From Ginglymostoma cirratum (Eukaryota), in the NCBI GenBank assembly GCA_024137785.1, contig JAHRHZ010000084.1, forward strand, positions 1 to 64,000: a stretch of 64,000 nt of DNA, read 5' to 3'. The notes under the pieces are model-generated. The model searched no databases. It saw only the letters and a list, made by a program, of their open reading frames with translations, and was not told where the DNA came from. Shown in pieces: positions 36,301-49,932 of the stretch. The first letter of the stretch is position 1; the number at the start of each line of letters is the position of its first letter. A program made the translations under genes and the position numbers.

Positions 36301-39300
36301 AAGACTAGACGGCATAGGTTTAAGGTAAGAAGGGAGAGATACAAAAAAGTCCAGAGGAACAATTTTTCACACAGATGGTGGTGCGTGTCTGGAACAGTCT
36401 GCCAGAAGTAGTGGTGGAGACGAGTACAGTTTTGTCATTTAAGAAACATTTGAACAGGTACATGGATAGGATGGGTGTGGAGGGGTATGGACCAAATGTA
36501 GGCAAATGCGACTACTTCAATTGTCAAAACTGGGCAGCGTGGACAAATTGAGCTGAAGATGTGTTTCAGTGCTGTCAACCTGTCTGACTCTATGATATGG
36601 CTGCACACATCCAGTAGCTCCGGTTTATTTACCTCATTCATCAGAATGCCACCGACTTGATTAAATACAAAGGATAAAGTCATAGCTGATTGGGTTGTAG
36701 CTGCAGAGAGACTAAAATTATTTCAAACGAAGTTTGCCTCCGTGGAAGACTCAATAAAACCTGAAAGCAGGTTCCATGATACACTTTTTCTGACTCGAAT
36801 CTGTACGCAATCCAACTTAACTCGCACCAGACAATTTAGTGTTTTGCCACATCGCTCAGAGAACTGAAAACTTATTGCAATTAGCACTGTTTCCATGAAT
36901 TATAATTGTGTCATTAGTTGAGTTGCTTTTACCATTTACCTATTTCTCTAAGTTCCAGACATTTTGATTCTGGCTACGTATGGATCAGTTGGACAAAGAG
37001 TTAGCAAAAATTGAAATGCTGAGACTTTATGCACTCTATTTATCATTCGTGCAAGTCAGTACGATTGAGACTGATGTACATGTATCTTCAGTTCCTAGTG
37101 CAGTTCCTAATTCTGAATATATATTAACATTACAGATTTTGCCTCTGAAATCAGTGTTACTATGGCTGCCAGTTTTGCTGCTCGTGCACTTGCAATTCTC
37201 ATATTGACCGTGATGATTGCCAAAGGTTTTCTGTTCTTGACCTCGAAAGGTATGAACAGGACTGAAGAGTCTCACTGAAATTAATTTAATTGGGAGCTGA
37301 ATATGTGAACTGTACAATTTAAACAACTTTTGTTTTGAAACCTTGGACAAATATGTACCTTGCTTCCGGTCTTACTTCACGAAAAATATAAGATAAGAAG
37401 ATTTGAAGTTTCACTTCAAGTTATGTTGGTGTAGATCAAAATTGTGATGGTAAAATTAATTGTGAAAGGCATTTCTAGGGCTTCAACCCTCAAAACATAA
37501 ATTCAAAGCAACTATGCGTTACGTTTCGAGCTGTGTTGTGAAACTGTTGTTCCTCTGTTTACAAATGTTGAACAGTAGTCGATTTACTTTTCGTTTCTTT
37601 GGTTTGCTGGTGAGTACAAGTATCAGCCTTTAAGGTTTCTGATTTATGTTACTTTTATTTCTCAAGTGAGAGAAAGAAAAAGTTCCAGATTTCCAACTCA
37701 GCATGAGGATGTGGTGAAGCAAATTTCTTTTACTCTGTCTATTTTCATTTTGAAGTATATTTGAATAATTTAAACTGGGAACCCAGATATATATTTCGAT
37801 CGTGTCATGACAAGTCTTGAAGATTTCATCAGGTCTCAAAAGCACTACTTCAGCTGAATAACAATAAAACAAAGAAAATAAAAATTGGTCTGAAGTTACG
37901 CTAAGTGTTGCAACTATTTTACATTGTGAAATATGTTTATTGCTGTGTAAGCTGTATTCGTTAACTTGTGCTGAAATTTTCAACTATCAATCAATCATTG
38001 ATGCTGACAAATAGCTTTGACTTGCATTGTCTTTTGTACTTAACAAGTGTCAATGTGCTGAATAATTTTGCAGCGTTGATGACAGACATAACATTACATT
38101 GGGATGATGACTATTCTGAAAGATATGTTTATGGTTTCAAACAGAGATGATTGTTCTCTCCTTCCTCTCCGTGCTGTTCAAAATTAATTCATTAGACTGA
38201 GTTTGGTGATTATTCCTGACTTCTGCTCGGGACTCTACCAAAGCACTCAATATGTTATTCAGACAGCTTGCACAAGTTGGCTTCCTCGGGAAGCTTTCAT
38301 TGCAAGCTGCCTCTCTACTACTGCAACGTGCTGCAGCACCATCCGATCTCGAAAAAGAAACAAGCGAGGTGTGGTGATGCAGATTTCTGTTCTTTTCAAT
38401 TTTCAAAACGTGCTTATCAGTGACATGGGAAAGGCAGCTCCCACTCTGTGGCTTCTAAAAAAGTGTAGGTGGGACTTATTCAGTAATAACTGAGAATGGA
38501 TTGGTCAAACTTGAAGTCTTTGTTGCCACCTTCAGAAGGCACAACACAAGGACTCACATTAGTTCTTGACTGCAATTGAATGCAGTGCAGACCAATGGAT
38601 TTAACCCCTTTGAATGCATTTTTTAAGCAATTAGATTTTTACAATGAATCCTACTGCCTTATTATCTCAGTTGCAGTCATGGATCTGAATTTACTTTATT
38701 TTAGAAAAAAATTATTTTACATAGAACTGTACAGCACAGGAATGGACCTATGCCCCATGATTTGTGCTGAACTATTCCCTTCTGCCTGCCCTTGGCTCAC
38801 ATCTCTCCATTCCTTGCATATTCATGTGCTTACCTAAAAGTTCCTTAAATGCCCCGAATGGAATCTGCCTCCACTATCACCCTTCGTAGTGCATACTAGA
38901 CTCCTACCGCTCTTTGTGTAAAAACTTACCCCTCACATCCCCTTCAGCCCAAAAAGTCCACACCAACCCTTAGAGCATCCCACACAGACCCATCCCCCTC
39001 TAACCAACCTCATCGACATATCCCAGAACACGATTGGCAATTTAACATGGCCAATCCACCTGGCCTGCGCATCTTTGGACTGTGGGAGGAAACTGGAGCA
39101 CCCGAAGGAAACTCACGCAGACACGAGGAGGATATGTAAACTCCACGCAGACAGTCACCTGAGGGTGGAACTGAACCCAGGTTCCTGGCACTGTGAGGCA
39201 GTAATGCTAACCACTGAACCACCGTGTCACCCAACGTTTGAGCCTCAATGTTTGATCTCTGAAAATGCAGTAGCTCACACTTACCCAGATTAAACTCCAT

Positions 39301-41385
39301 CTGCCATTTCTCCACCCATATCTGCAACTGATCAATATCGTGCTGAATCCTTTGACACCTTCCACACTATCCTCAACTCCACCGATCTTTCTATCGACTG
39401 CCAAATTACTAACACAGCCAGCTAAATTTTCACCCAAATCATTTATATATATATCACAAACAGCAGAAGTCTAAGTACGGATCCCTGTAGAAGACCACTA
39501 AGCCACGGACCTCCAGCCTGAAAAACACCCTTCAACCACTACCCTCTGTCTTCGACTGGCAAACCAATTCTGAATCAACTTGATCAAGTCACCATGGATC
39601 TCATGCATTTTAATTTTCTGGATGAGCCTACCATAAGGTATCTTGTTGATACTGCAAAATAATAACCCGACTCTTTCATTGCATCTGGTACCTGCAATTC
39701 CCTGACGATACTGTAGCGAAATTACCTGGACTGCAGTAAGTCAGGAAGCTGGCTTCCTACTGGATGCTTAATCGTGAGTAGTCATTAGCACCAAATACTG
39801 GCCTTGCCAGCAAGTCTTGTATCCCGATAAAAATAGATTGTTGTGCAGAATTGTCCCACTCCTGTGCTGCAGGTGCAGCAAAAATAAAATTCCTTTCTCA
39901 GGAATCTTCAGAAAATGAAGTCTTTATTCATTATTGTCTGTCTTTCTGTGAAATGTTCCAGCTGCACTGCTGGAGGTAACAGAATAAAGTCCCCTGATGT
40001 CCAGATGCAATAATTAGTAGTGGATCAGATCAAGAGAAAACAAAATTATCTACGATTGAGAAATACCTAACAGGAGACCAAAGAATACACTTTCGAGCAC
40101 TGAAATAGTGTGGTTTACATTATAGACAAAAACGCACCGTACTTGTTGAATTTTTTCATTGCCACCAATCTGAACATGTTCCTCCTCAAGTAACTGGCAC
40201 CTTTTCTAACTTAAAACATAAATAATTTACTTTAAAGCACCCTGTCTGACATCAAGTGTACCTTGTGAATTCTTTGAAAATGCACTGCACCTTTGCCTTC
40301 GCATCAGACTCAAATACATTTATTTATTAATGTTTGGATGGCCTATTGAAATAATTGCCTTCCTTTATTTATAAAGGAACAGGGTGATTCTAAAATTAAG
40401 TTTCTATTAGCAGTGATAAGTACAGTTATTCCATTTTCTCAAAATTACTTACTGATTTAACAAATTTAACGTGAGGGAATTTTCAATCAAAACTGCACCA
40501 TATACCCTCAGAATGAAAGACATGACTAATTTATTTCAGATAACTGCCACTTATAATTTTACTTTGAAGCAAAGTGACATGTTATTATTTTATTGTTATT
40601 AATAAACACAGAAAAATTTATTGTTGCTTCATTTAAGAAACTGTACTACACAATGAATTTGTAGCAGAATGTAGTAAAACAGAAAGTCATCTATCAGATT
40701 TCAAAATCTTAACTAAATTGAACTGAGGAAAGCCAACTTTTCTTCAGAACACTGCATAATTGCAGGTTTACCCGAGTAACGTTAATTTAAAGTGATATTA
40801 ACATGAATAATATTGAAAAAATAATGCTTGCTTGTTGTGACTAAGTTGATGCTCTCGGTAAGAAACTGTTCAGAGTGAGAAACTCTAAAGTTTTATGATT
40901 GCAAAGCGATTATAACAAAATAATTACCCATGTTAAGAATGTACGCTTGTCTCTTTCCTCCAGAACAAAATAACCAAATCAATGTTAAATCTTGACTTTC
41001 TAGAAAGAACAAATGATGGTTGAGAATCAGCTGACATATGCTGCTCTTGATCGAGTTAGTTCTGAGGAAGGCATAATTCCGATACAACAGAAAGAAGTCA
41101 TAGTACATACAGGGTATATTTCAGGTCAGATATGAAAATAATCAGTTCATTCATGATAATGAGTTGATTTGGAGATGATATTGAAAATTCCTTTGTGTAA
41201 TTTTCATCCAGAATGATTTAAATGAATGGTAATTCAGTCTCAATGCTGTTTTTCAGACAAAACACTGCATGCCAGATAGCAGGCTGACTTACCTTGCTGT
41301 GAAATTCAATGATTCCAGTACATCATCGAAACCCAAGCACCAAGGAAAAAGTCCAGTGTATGCAGCGATGAAAAGCAGGTACTAA
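33258..41385 (+). CDS. Gene B (spliced): paralogue of gene A, V-C1-TM-ITIM IgSF receptor
   Basis: Exons 33258-33312, 33631-33939, 35428-35733, 37136-37249, 37667-37713, 41004-41124 and 41257-41385. The frame is open from the leader through the first ITIM. The C1 domain has lost its core Trp. Confidence 0.78.
33631..33939 (+). CDS. Gene B Ig V-set exon
   Basis: 309 nt, AG/GTAAGT boundaries, C...WW...DAGTYHC. About 22 of 103 residues differ from A. Confidence 0.92.
35428..35733 (+). CDS. Gene B Ig C1-set exon
   Basis: 306 nt, LHCRTSDIFPKYFKLTGYKNG...YTCQVNH, G|GTAACA donor. Confidence 0.9.
37136..37249 (+). CDS. Gene B transmembrane exon (DFASEISVTMAASFAARALAILILTVMIAKGFLFLTSK)
   Basis: TACAG| acceptor and G|GTATGA donor, 114 nt, open frame. 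Confidence 0.82.
37667..37713 (+). CDS. Gene B first cytoplasmic exon (VRERKSSRFPTQHEDV)
   Basis: CTCAAG| acceptor and |GTGAAG donor, 47 nt as in A. Confidence 0.65.
38945..39233 (-). mobile_element. HE1-type V-SINE nested in a CR1 fragment (about 38718-39650), specific to copy B
   Basis: The reverse strand reads GGTGACACGGTGGTTCAGTGGTTAGCATTACTGCCTCACAGTGCCAGG..., with the V-domain GTGTCTGCGTGAGTTTCCTTCGGGTGCTCCAGTTTCCTCCCACAGTCCAAAGATG. Confidence 0.85.
41004..41124 (+). CDS. Gene B cytoplasmic ITIM exon 1 (KEQMMVENQLTYAALDRVSSEEGIIPIQQKEVIVHTGYIS)
   Basis: TTTCTAG| phase-0 acceptor and ITIM LTYAAL. The second Tyr position reads CAT (His). Confidence 0.72.
41257..41385 (+). CDS. Gene B terminal ITIM exon 2 (TKHCMPDSRLTYLAVKFNDSSTSSKPKHQGKSPVYAAMKSRY*)
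   Basis: TTTTCAG| acceptor. Open in phase 0 to TAA at 41383-41385, with two tyrosine motifs. Confidence 0.72.
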   Translation, partial: TKHCMPDSRLTYLAVKFNDSSTSSKPKHQGKSPVYAAMKSRY

Positions 41386-42945
41386 ATTGGGCAAACAAAA
41401 ATAATCTTTACAGATTCAAGCACAGATTGTATCACAGAAATGTTTATGTTTCCTTTTAATTTTAAGCTATTAATTTCCTTATTTAAACCTGTTGTAATTT
41501 TGCAAAACGGTGGATGACTTTCTTCACTTCCAGTAATGTCACCTGGATCCACTTCTTTTAAGTTTTCAAATTCACGCAACAGTTGCAACTAAAACTTGCA
41601 ATTCAATTATTTCTAATTGTCAGAGACCTCCTTATTCCTTTTAGATCTGCATGAAGTTCGATATATTAATCATTAAGATTATTCCTAAGTATTTTTCTCT
41701 TGTGGTTGTATCCTGTCGGATATTAATCATAATTCTGCTCGTACTGGTAACACATGACAATGTTGATAATTTCATTCCCTTTCTCCAGTCACTTTGACCT
41801 AGACATGATGAACTTTATTTTGACAAATTTCATAAGATTTCTGTTGGTTAAGTCTATGTTGTTTATGTTTCACTGTCCGTTCCAGCATGAATTGAAATTT
41901 ATTCTGGTTTTGTTGCGGCAGTAATTTTAATCCTGTTTGTCCTCTTGCTGTGAGAATGTTCACGTTGATTTTTTCCATCTCCAGAAAGCTGAACAGATCC
42001 ATTTGCTAAACTGCCCTTTGTTTTGATGGCTCATTTTGTTTAGTTAATTTTCTTAAGTTAATAATTGGCTGTTTCTTCTTCAAATTTTATTGTTCATGTA
42101 CATTCAATGTAGAGTGCCACTCTACTCAAAAAGAGCAGACTGATGCTCTGTCCTCGATCCCCCATTGTTTCGCATTGCACTCTCATTGCATATGATATAA
42201 TAGGGAAAGATGGCATCACTCATCAATGTTTCTGAATGTGAAAACGTAAAGCTATACTTTATTGAATTCAGAATAGAATTAGAGAAAAAAATCAATTTAC
42301 ATTTGAAGAAAGCGTGTTAATATATACCTAAGCAATTCTCTCAACTCATTTGTATATTGTTTTCTCAAAAATGGCAGACAACTGACTTTTTTGGATCTCT
42401 CAATCCCATTTAATTGTAAATTAATTCAGTCGTTAGCTTTATTGTGAAACCTGTAGTGCCTTTAATAAAAGCGATATTTTTGGCTCACTCTTCTCTCACC
42501 AGTGTTTCCTTGTGAAGTTTGTACTGCAACCGCAGATAGAGAACAAATCAATTTTGTCACGTTTTCGGTTCATTTCTGGCTCACGAAATTTCCTGACAAA
42601 CAATTTGTTGCACTGACTTATTATCATTTAAGCAAAATTGTCTTGTCCCCAAATCACTCCATTTTCTCATTGTTCAGGAAAACATAGGTGTGTCATTACC
42701 ACAGAAGGGAAATGATCTGCTGTTAATTCAACACTGAGGAATTTCAATCTGAGTTCTGAAAATACATTCCGAAGAACTGAATTGGAGGAGTCTATCATTC
42801 TCACTGAAAAGTGTGATTGTTGAATTGTGACTGACGATTAGTAATATTTTTGAGATGGAATTTAATCCTGGCTACAATTTAAACTTGCCCCGGAGCCATT
42901 CAGGACAGAAAGCCAAATGCATTGAACAACACAAAGGAGATGTTC

Positions 42946-44185
42946 CTCCCTCCGGAAGGCAGATAAGGGTGGGGAGGGAAAAATGTCTTTGGTGGTGGGG
43001 TCTGATTGCAGATGGCGGAAGTGTCGAAGGATGATGCGTTGGATCCAGAGGTTGGTGGGGTGGTACGTGAGGACGAGGGGGATTCTTTTTTGGTTATTAT
43101 TGCGGGGACGTGGCGTGAGGGATGAGTTAAGGGAAATGTGGGAGACACGGTCGAGGGCGTTCTCGACCACTGAGGGGGAGAAGTTGCGGTTCAGACCCCA
43201 CCACCAAAGACATTTTTCCCTCCCCACCCTTATCTGCCTTCAGGAGGGACCACTCCCTCCGCGACTTCCTTGTCCGCTCCTCACTCCCCTCCAGCCCCAC
43301 AACACCCTGCACTTTTCCCTGCAACCGCAGGAAGTGCGACACCTGCCCCCACACCTCCTCCCTCACCCCAATCCCAGGCCCCATGAAGACTTTCCACATC
43401 AGGCAGATGTTCACCTGCACATCTGCCAATGTGGTATCCTGCATCCGCTGCACCCGTTGTGGCTTCCTCTACATCGCGGAAACCAAGCGGAGGCTTGAGG
43501 ACCGCTTTGCAGAACACCTGCGCTCAGTTCGCAACAAAAAATTGCGCCTCCCAGTCGCGAACCATTTCAACTCCCCCTCCCATTCCTCAGACGATATGTC
43601 CATCCTGAGCCTCCTGCAATGCCACAGTGATGCCAGCCGAAGACTGCAGGAACAGCAAATCATATTCAGCCTGGGAACCCTGCAGCCCAATGGTATCAAT
43701 GTGGATTTCACAAACTTCAAAATCTCCCCTCCCCCAACCGCATCCCAAAACCAGCCCAGCTCATCTCCACCTCCATAACCTGTTTTTCCTCTCACCTATC
43801 CCCTCCTCCCACCTCAAGCCCCACCCCCATCTCCTATCTACTAACATCATCCCGCTCCCTTGACCTGTCCTTCCTCCCTGGACTGACCTATCTCCTCCCA
43901 ACCCCCCCACCTACACTCACCTTTACTGTCTCCATCCCCGCCTCTTCGAATTGTCTGCCTCCTCTCCAACTATCCTCTACTCTATCCATCCTCTATCCAC
44001 CTCCCCCTCTCCCCCTATTTATTTCAGAACCCTCTTCCCCACCCCCACCCCCATTTCTGATGAAGGGTCGAGGCCCAAAACGTCAAGCTTTCCTGCTCCT
44101 ATGATGCTGCTTGGCCTGCTGTGTTCATCCAGCCCCATACCTTGTTATCTCGGATTCTCCAGCATCTGCAGTACCTTTTACCTCT
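42946..44185 (+). mobile_element. Penelope-like element, 5'-truncated with an inverted 5' segment
   Basis: 42946-43190 is an inverted linker region. The body encodes CIRCTRCGFLYIAETKRRLEDRFAEHLRSV (GIY-YIG), followed by a pLTR. Confidence 0.92.
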
Positions 44186-47100
44186 GACTGAGTGCAAAGA
44201 CTGACAGAGAACTGTCACATCTGTCGCCATTTAATTGGTTTCCTTAAACGTGCCAGAGGGAGAGGACAATTACTAATGTGGCAAGTGACGAGCAATTGTT
44301 CCCAGGTAGGTCACAGCCTCGAAGGCTTTGCAGGGAAAAAAAAATTCTGTCAAAGATTTTCATCTTGCACGCATCGGAACAATTTGCAAGAATACCAATT
44401 CAACGGGGAAACCATCATTTTTATTGGATGACAGGAGAGTGCTGATTGGTTGGCAAGTGGTTGGCAATTGGTGTAGGTGTTGCCATGGAGATGCCATGCC
44501 ACTCATAAATACCGACTGACAGTTAGCAGCTAGGTTTCTGTAATTGCTGATCCAGCCAGATTGACTCTGATTGCTCAATGAATTGCTCTGACAAATCAGC
44601 CAATGAAATCTGCCAACGAGTTTGGTCATTTATGCCGTGTGTATATACATGCAAAGAACAGGGCATTGGGTATCAACACATATGCTTTGAGTCCACAGAA
44701 ATTCCGCGGAAATTACTATTACGAGGGGGCAAAAGTTTAAAGTGATTGGAGGAAAGTATAGAGGAGACGTCAGAGGAAGAGTGATGGGTGCATGGAATGC
44801 ACTGCCAGCGGTGGTAGTAGAGTCAGATGCATTAGGGACATTTAAGCGACTCTTGAATAGACACATGGATGGTAGTAAAATGAAGGGTATTCAAGTTAGT
44901 TTTGATCTTCGAGTCGGATAATAGGACGGGACAACATCGTGGGCCGAAGGCCCCGTACTGTTCTATGTTCTAAATGCATTGGAGAGTCTTATTAGCTGCT
45001 GAGTCAACTCTTTGAGATTTCGTCTACGATTATTATATTAATTTTATGGAATAAACTTGAATTAGTTAAAATCAAATCTGGGAAGTCATCAACGAGATGT
45101 CAGAATCTGTAGTAGAAACAATTTGCAGCCCATGAACAGATACCCATGTAAGGGAAAACTGCTGGTGGATGTGAATCAAAACTACATATAGCTTTAAAAC
45201 TGATTGGAGTGTCAGAATAATTATGAAATTTGCTGTGAGAACTTAATTGAATGTCAGCAGTAAATAACATCAGGCATCTTCATAATCCATTCATATTGCT
45301 TGAAATGAGTTTGAGTTGCAACATTTCTGTTGTTCATGGCCTCTGTCTACATTATGCAGTGTAATTACACTGAGGGAAGTCTAAAGGAAAAGAAATTCAA
45401 GCTGCTTAGAGTACATAAATATATCTGAACATTAAAACATTTTGCTGTATCAATAAAGAAGGTACTATTTAGCCCAAACAAAAACAAAGTTGCTGGAAAA
45501 GCTCAGCAGGTAAGGAGCATCTGTGGAGGAGAAAACAGAGTTAACTTTTCGGGTCGGGTGACCTTTCCTCAGAACAGTTCTGAGGAAGTACCATTGATGG
45601 TCGGCACAGTATCTCCGAGTTGCACTTTGCTCCAGCGTCATGATTACCTTGGTCCAAAATTGGCTGTTCGAGTTGAATTGCAGATGCGAGGGCAAACTGT
45701 CTGTGCTCGGAATTGGGGGCGTTTTACACCGATTCTGGACTTGAGAAGATCCACCAAAATTAACGTTAATGTTTGAAAGGGAGGATATAACGTCCACTGC
45801 TTCCTTGCAGGACAAAAGAGTATGATTATTTTTGTCGGAGGCGAATCTATTCATCTGTAGGACATAACTGCTGTATGCCTTCAACTCACTGTTTTCAAAA
45901 TAAACATCTGAAACTGTTGCATCAATGGCCTTACTTCCATCATTGTGTCAGAAGTAGTGCAGTTCGATGGCAATTGATAAAATGCACTACCACTAGTGAC
46001 TTCTTAAATGTTGAATCCTTTAATGGCTGAATGCAGAAATATTTGGAAAGCATTCAGGTTTTTGGTCATACGTGGCATGTATCATTCACCTCGCTGAAAT
46101 TCTAGGCAATGGGTTGGCCAATTAAAAAGAAAATCCGCCCACACCCTATTCTTTTCAACAGCTTTGTTCTAAGATGATCAACCAGCCTTCATATCCGGAG
46201 TTAGTACTGACGAGGGATCGAATACGAGCCATAAAGTTCCCCGTTAAGAAACTGGGCAATATTTTGGGGACACCACAGCAAGAAACTCAATTCCGGACTC
46301 CCCCAGATCCTGTCCTCTAACTGTAATGAACAGTTAACATGTAAGACGAACACTCTGAATTTGTCTGGTTGAGAACCAACAACAAATGAGTATTCGTAAT
46401 TCAACCAGGACCTTTGGGCATCAGCCTGAGCATTAACACCCGTTACATTCAGCAACAAGTGCTTAGCAGAATTAGGCTATTTAATCCTTGAAACCTACTC
46501 TGCCATTCAATAATCCCACGGCTGATCTGCTTTTGGTCCCAGCCCAGTATTCCGATCAGCCCTCCTTCACCCTGACTGCAGTGTCGATCAGAAAACTATT
46601 GAACTGCGCCTGAGATCAATTAAATGAGAAAACATCATCAATATTCTGGGAATTTAATTTCACACGGTAACTACCAAATACAATGTTCTCCTCATATCCG
46701 TCTTAAATTTAAAACCTCAAGTTCTCAAACGGCATACAGTAGGTTTTATCTCTGCTGAAGGTGAAGACGCCCTTCCGAAATCGGTCAAGTCTAATCAGGA
46801 CTTTGCACGTTTCAATCTGATCAGTTCGTATTCTTCCAAACTCGAATGGGTAAATCTTTAAGCTTTCCTCGCGCAATAACCGCTTTAATCAGGAATTGGT
46901 TGATTGCACATCATCTGAACTGACTATATACTTTTTCCCACTAATGTGACGACAATTCAAGGCACAGTCTCACAGACGCGCTGCCCAAGAAAAAAATCAC
47001 TCGCCCTGCAGACCACGCTGCCCACCACAACCCCGCACATGACCACGCAAAGAACCATTTAGTTTTCTCCTCCATTCACTTTTCAATTGATGTCGAAATT

Positions 47101-47899
47101 CTTTTTTGCCTCCCTAATGATTTCCACCGCCGTAGAAGGCACGATAGACGGTAGAGGGCACATTCTACATAAGGCACTGCGGCTACTCGCTTTACCTGGT
47201 TCAACAGCAACTTTCAAATACGCACTTCACACACCGAGAAGGACAATGGAAGCATCTGCACTGGAAAGACCATTACGTACAAGTGTGCCTCCAGCTGAAA
47301 CATAATTTCCCATAGTATCCTTGATATCGTCTCACTTAATAGATCTCACGTGCAGTTTGATAGATTTCTGATAGACATCGCGGTTTAATCGTCATTGTGG
47401 AGCCAGTGTACCAGAACCTCGTTTTTCCGAACAGAATCCCGGGTATGGGGTTAACATGCTGCAATGTCCGAGCTTGAGACAAACTTCTCATTGGCAAAGG
47501 AAATTAAATATGGATAAATTCGGGTCTTATGAGCAACGTGGCCATTCCAGGAAATAATGAATGGAAACTGAAAAGGAAAATACTGAACTGGAAATAACTT
47601 TTCTAAATGGGGAGTTGACCCTGATAATGCTGACGGTTCACTAAACAGGGAAAGCTGTATGTCAGGAAGCCCTACATCTGAAACATGAATAAGTCCTTCT
47701 TTGGATCAAATTGATATCTGTACAAATAGTTTTCATTTCAAATGCGATCATGCCTGTGTATTCTCATCCCTTTTTCTGAATTGGATTCAGACAATTTCTT
47801 GTCACACTTTTTTTTAAGACGACTTCTAGTGTCCGTCACTAATTTGTTTAAAATGAGTTGCTCCAATTGCCATATCTCAGGGCGAGATATAGGATAATG

Positions 47900-48001
47900 A
47901 TTTTTGTATATGGAGAAAACGTCCCGTGAAAAAGGTATTATCAAATTTATAGCTCCCCCACCACAACCCCCACCAGCACCACATACAGCGTTTTTTTTTT
48001 G
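47900..48001 (-). pseudogene. Possible degenerate gene C transmembrane exon (KKTLYVVLVGVVVGEL*...IIPF)
   Basis: Hydrophobic reading on the minus strand after TTCAAG|, downstream of the C1 exon. Contains a stop and a frameshift. Confidence 0.35.
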
Positions 48002-48349
48002 CTTGAATTAAAACTTGTTCACAATAACAGAGCCCTGAGCATTCTGCGGGCCACCCATCGATTGTGGAATTACCGGATAGAAGACACGTTTCATTGCACA
48101 AAGTTATGGAACATTCAAAGGAATGAATCAGCTCTGCACCTGTATCAGTGAGGTCGAGAAACTTTCCGAACACAATTTTTAGAAGATGATTTCTTAATCT
48201 GCCCTGAAACTTAAAACCTTCATTGATTTTCAACACAGACGAAGAATGATGAATGATTTAATGGTATCACACTAAACTGTGAGTATGTCGATGCGGCAAA
48301 TAACTCTCAGTGGATGTAACAATGGCTCACACGGGTCAGTGAAAGCTTT

Positions 48350-49520
48350 GAGTGTTATAGAGTGGTACAGGTCTGCACCACAGGAAAAAACAGCCGCTGG
48401 GCCGCCCATCGCATCCGCGTTGATCATAACTAACCACCTCATTTCTCTCATCCCCTTTCCCAGCACTTGCCATCCCAAATATAAAAATAAATCTGAACAC
48501 ATCTGAAATGTCATGAGGGTTTCTGGCTCCACTAATCTTGCAGTCAGTGAACTCCAGATTCCCACCATCCTCTGGATGAAATAAGGGTTTTTCCTCATAT
48601 CTCTAAAACTTCTGTCCCTTACGTTAATTCTATGCCCGCAGGTCAAAGATCCCTCTATCAAGGTGGAAAGTATCTTCCTGTCTACCTCATCTACGATCCT
48701 CATAATTGTATTCGTCTCAATCATGTCCCCTCTAAATCTCCTCTGCTCTGAGGAAAGCATACTGACTCTTTCCAATGTCCCTTCGTAAGCGAAACGCTCC
48801 TGTACAGGCAACATCCTGATAAATCTCTACTGCACCCTTTCCAGCGTTATCACCTCGCTCCTATAATGTAGATTCCAGAACTGTCCACAAATCTCCTTCC
48901 ATGTCCCCAGTAACGATACAGACAGTTCCAGTCTCGACTCCCTTCTCTTAAATTCCATGCCTCGACTAATAAAGGCAAGGATCCGAAATGTTTTCCTCAC
49001 ATTGTTTTCCCCCTGTCCTGAAACCTAAAGGAACCAATGAACGTGCACAACAAGGCTCCCCGATCCCAGATTTCTATTGCTCGCATTATATTCGCTTGCC
49101 TTGTTTATCTTGTCCAAGTGCATCACTTCACTTTCTGCACATACATTTCCATTTCCCATTGATAAGCCCATCTTACCAGCCCCTCCATATCCTCTTTTCG
49201 TTTATTTTTATTCTTAAGCTATCAAATCGGCGCTGTTTTAGCGTAACAAATGAAAGCTTTTCATTGTATTGTGGTATTTCACTTTAAATATACATACTTA
49301 AAATATAAATCATTCATTCATTCATTCATTCTTGCAACCTGCGGTGACCTCCTCACTATTTACCAACGCACCCATTTTCATGCCATCTGCGAAGTTATCA
49401 ACCCTCCTACATTCAAGCCTCAATCATTTCTATAAACTCTAAAACAACAAGGGTCCCAACTGTGACCACTGTGGGACCCCTCTGAACATAGAGGTCCAGT
49501 CGGGAAGATATCCCTCAACC
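48350..49520 (-). mobile_element. Degenerate CR1 RT 3' fragment
   Basis: YEGTLERVSMLSSEQRRFRGDMIET...FIQRMVGIWSSL, homologous to the C-terminus of ORF 1613-3043. Confidence 0.82.
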
Positions 49521-49627
49521 ATCACAGTCTCTTGTTGCAGCGCGGGAAATAGAGAGTGTCTGAAAATGACAATCATTTTCTCAGCAGATCATAGCGCAAC
49601 AAAATTACTATCAATGATTGAACCTAC

Positions 49628-49932
49628 CCAATTTAATGAAAGGGTAGGTTACATTGGCTGGTGTCTGAAGTGAGATGTGAGAGACTTGACAGATGTAAAC
49701 TGTACCGCTCTGAAGAGCTCCTGTCTCAGTCCGGTTACTGGAAGCCTCATACAGCCCGATTGCATTCTGCAGTTTGACATGTTTCGTCCCGGTCGCAACT
49801 TCTGTTTGTTTTGGTACCGAGTGATGCTCAGGTTGTCTGGGGAAAACGTAGCAGTTATGCAGAGAAAAGTTAAAGGAACAGCTGCTCCGTTCTCCGACTG
49901 TTTGATAAGTATTTTGAGTGGAGTCAGAGGGA
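49628..49932 (-). pseudogene. Gene C C1-set pseudo-exon (frameshifted)
   Basis: VPLTPLKILIK...LTFLCITATFSPDNLSITRYQN in one frame, and ...GLYEASS...SGTVYICQVSHISLQTPANVTY in another. 305 nt between TGTCAG| and G|GTAGG. The C-strand Trp is replaced by Arg. Confidence 0.88.

Larger units (their letters stand above)
30778..42078 (+). repeat. Segmental duplication, copy B
   Basis: Matches copy A from the SINE tail at window start to ATTGGC(A/T)GTTT(A/C)TTCTTC. Lacks the CR1 and the small Penelope-derived insertion found in A. Confidence 0.92.

Noticed and set aside
45560-45860. Possible cytoplasmic exon of gene C (minus-strand ORF 45465-45884)
   Set aside because: No intact tyrosine motif and no clear similarity to the A/B tail exons. 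The ORF runs into a repeat.
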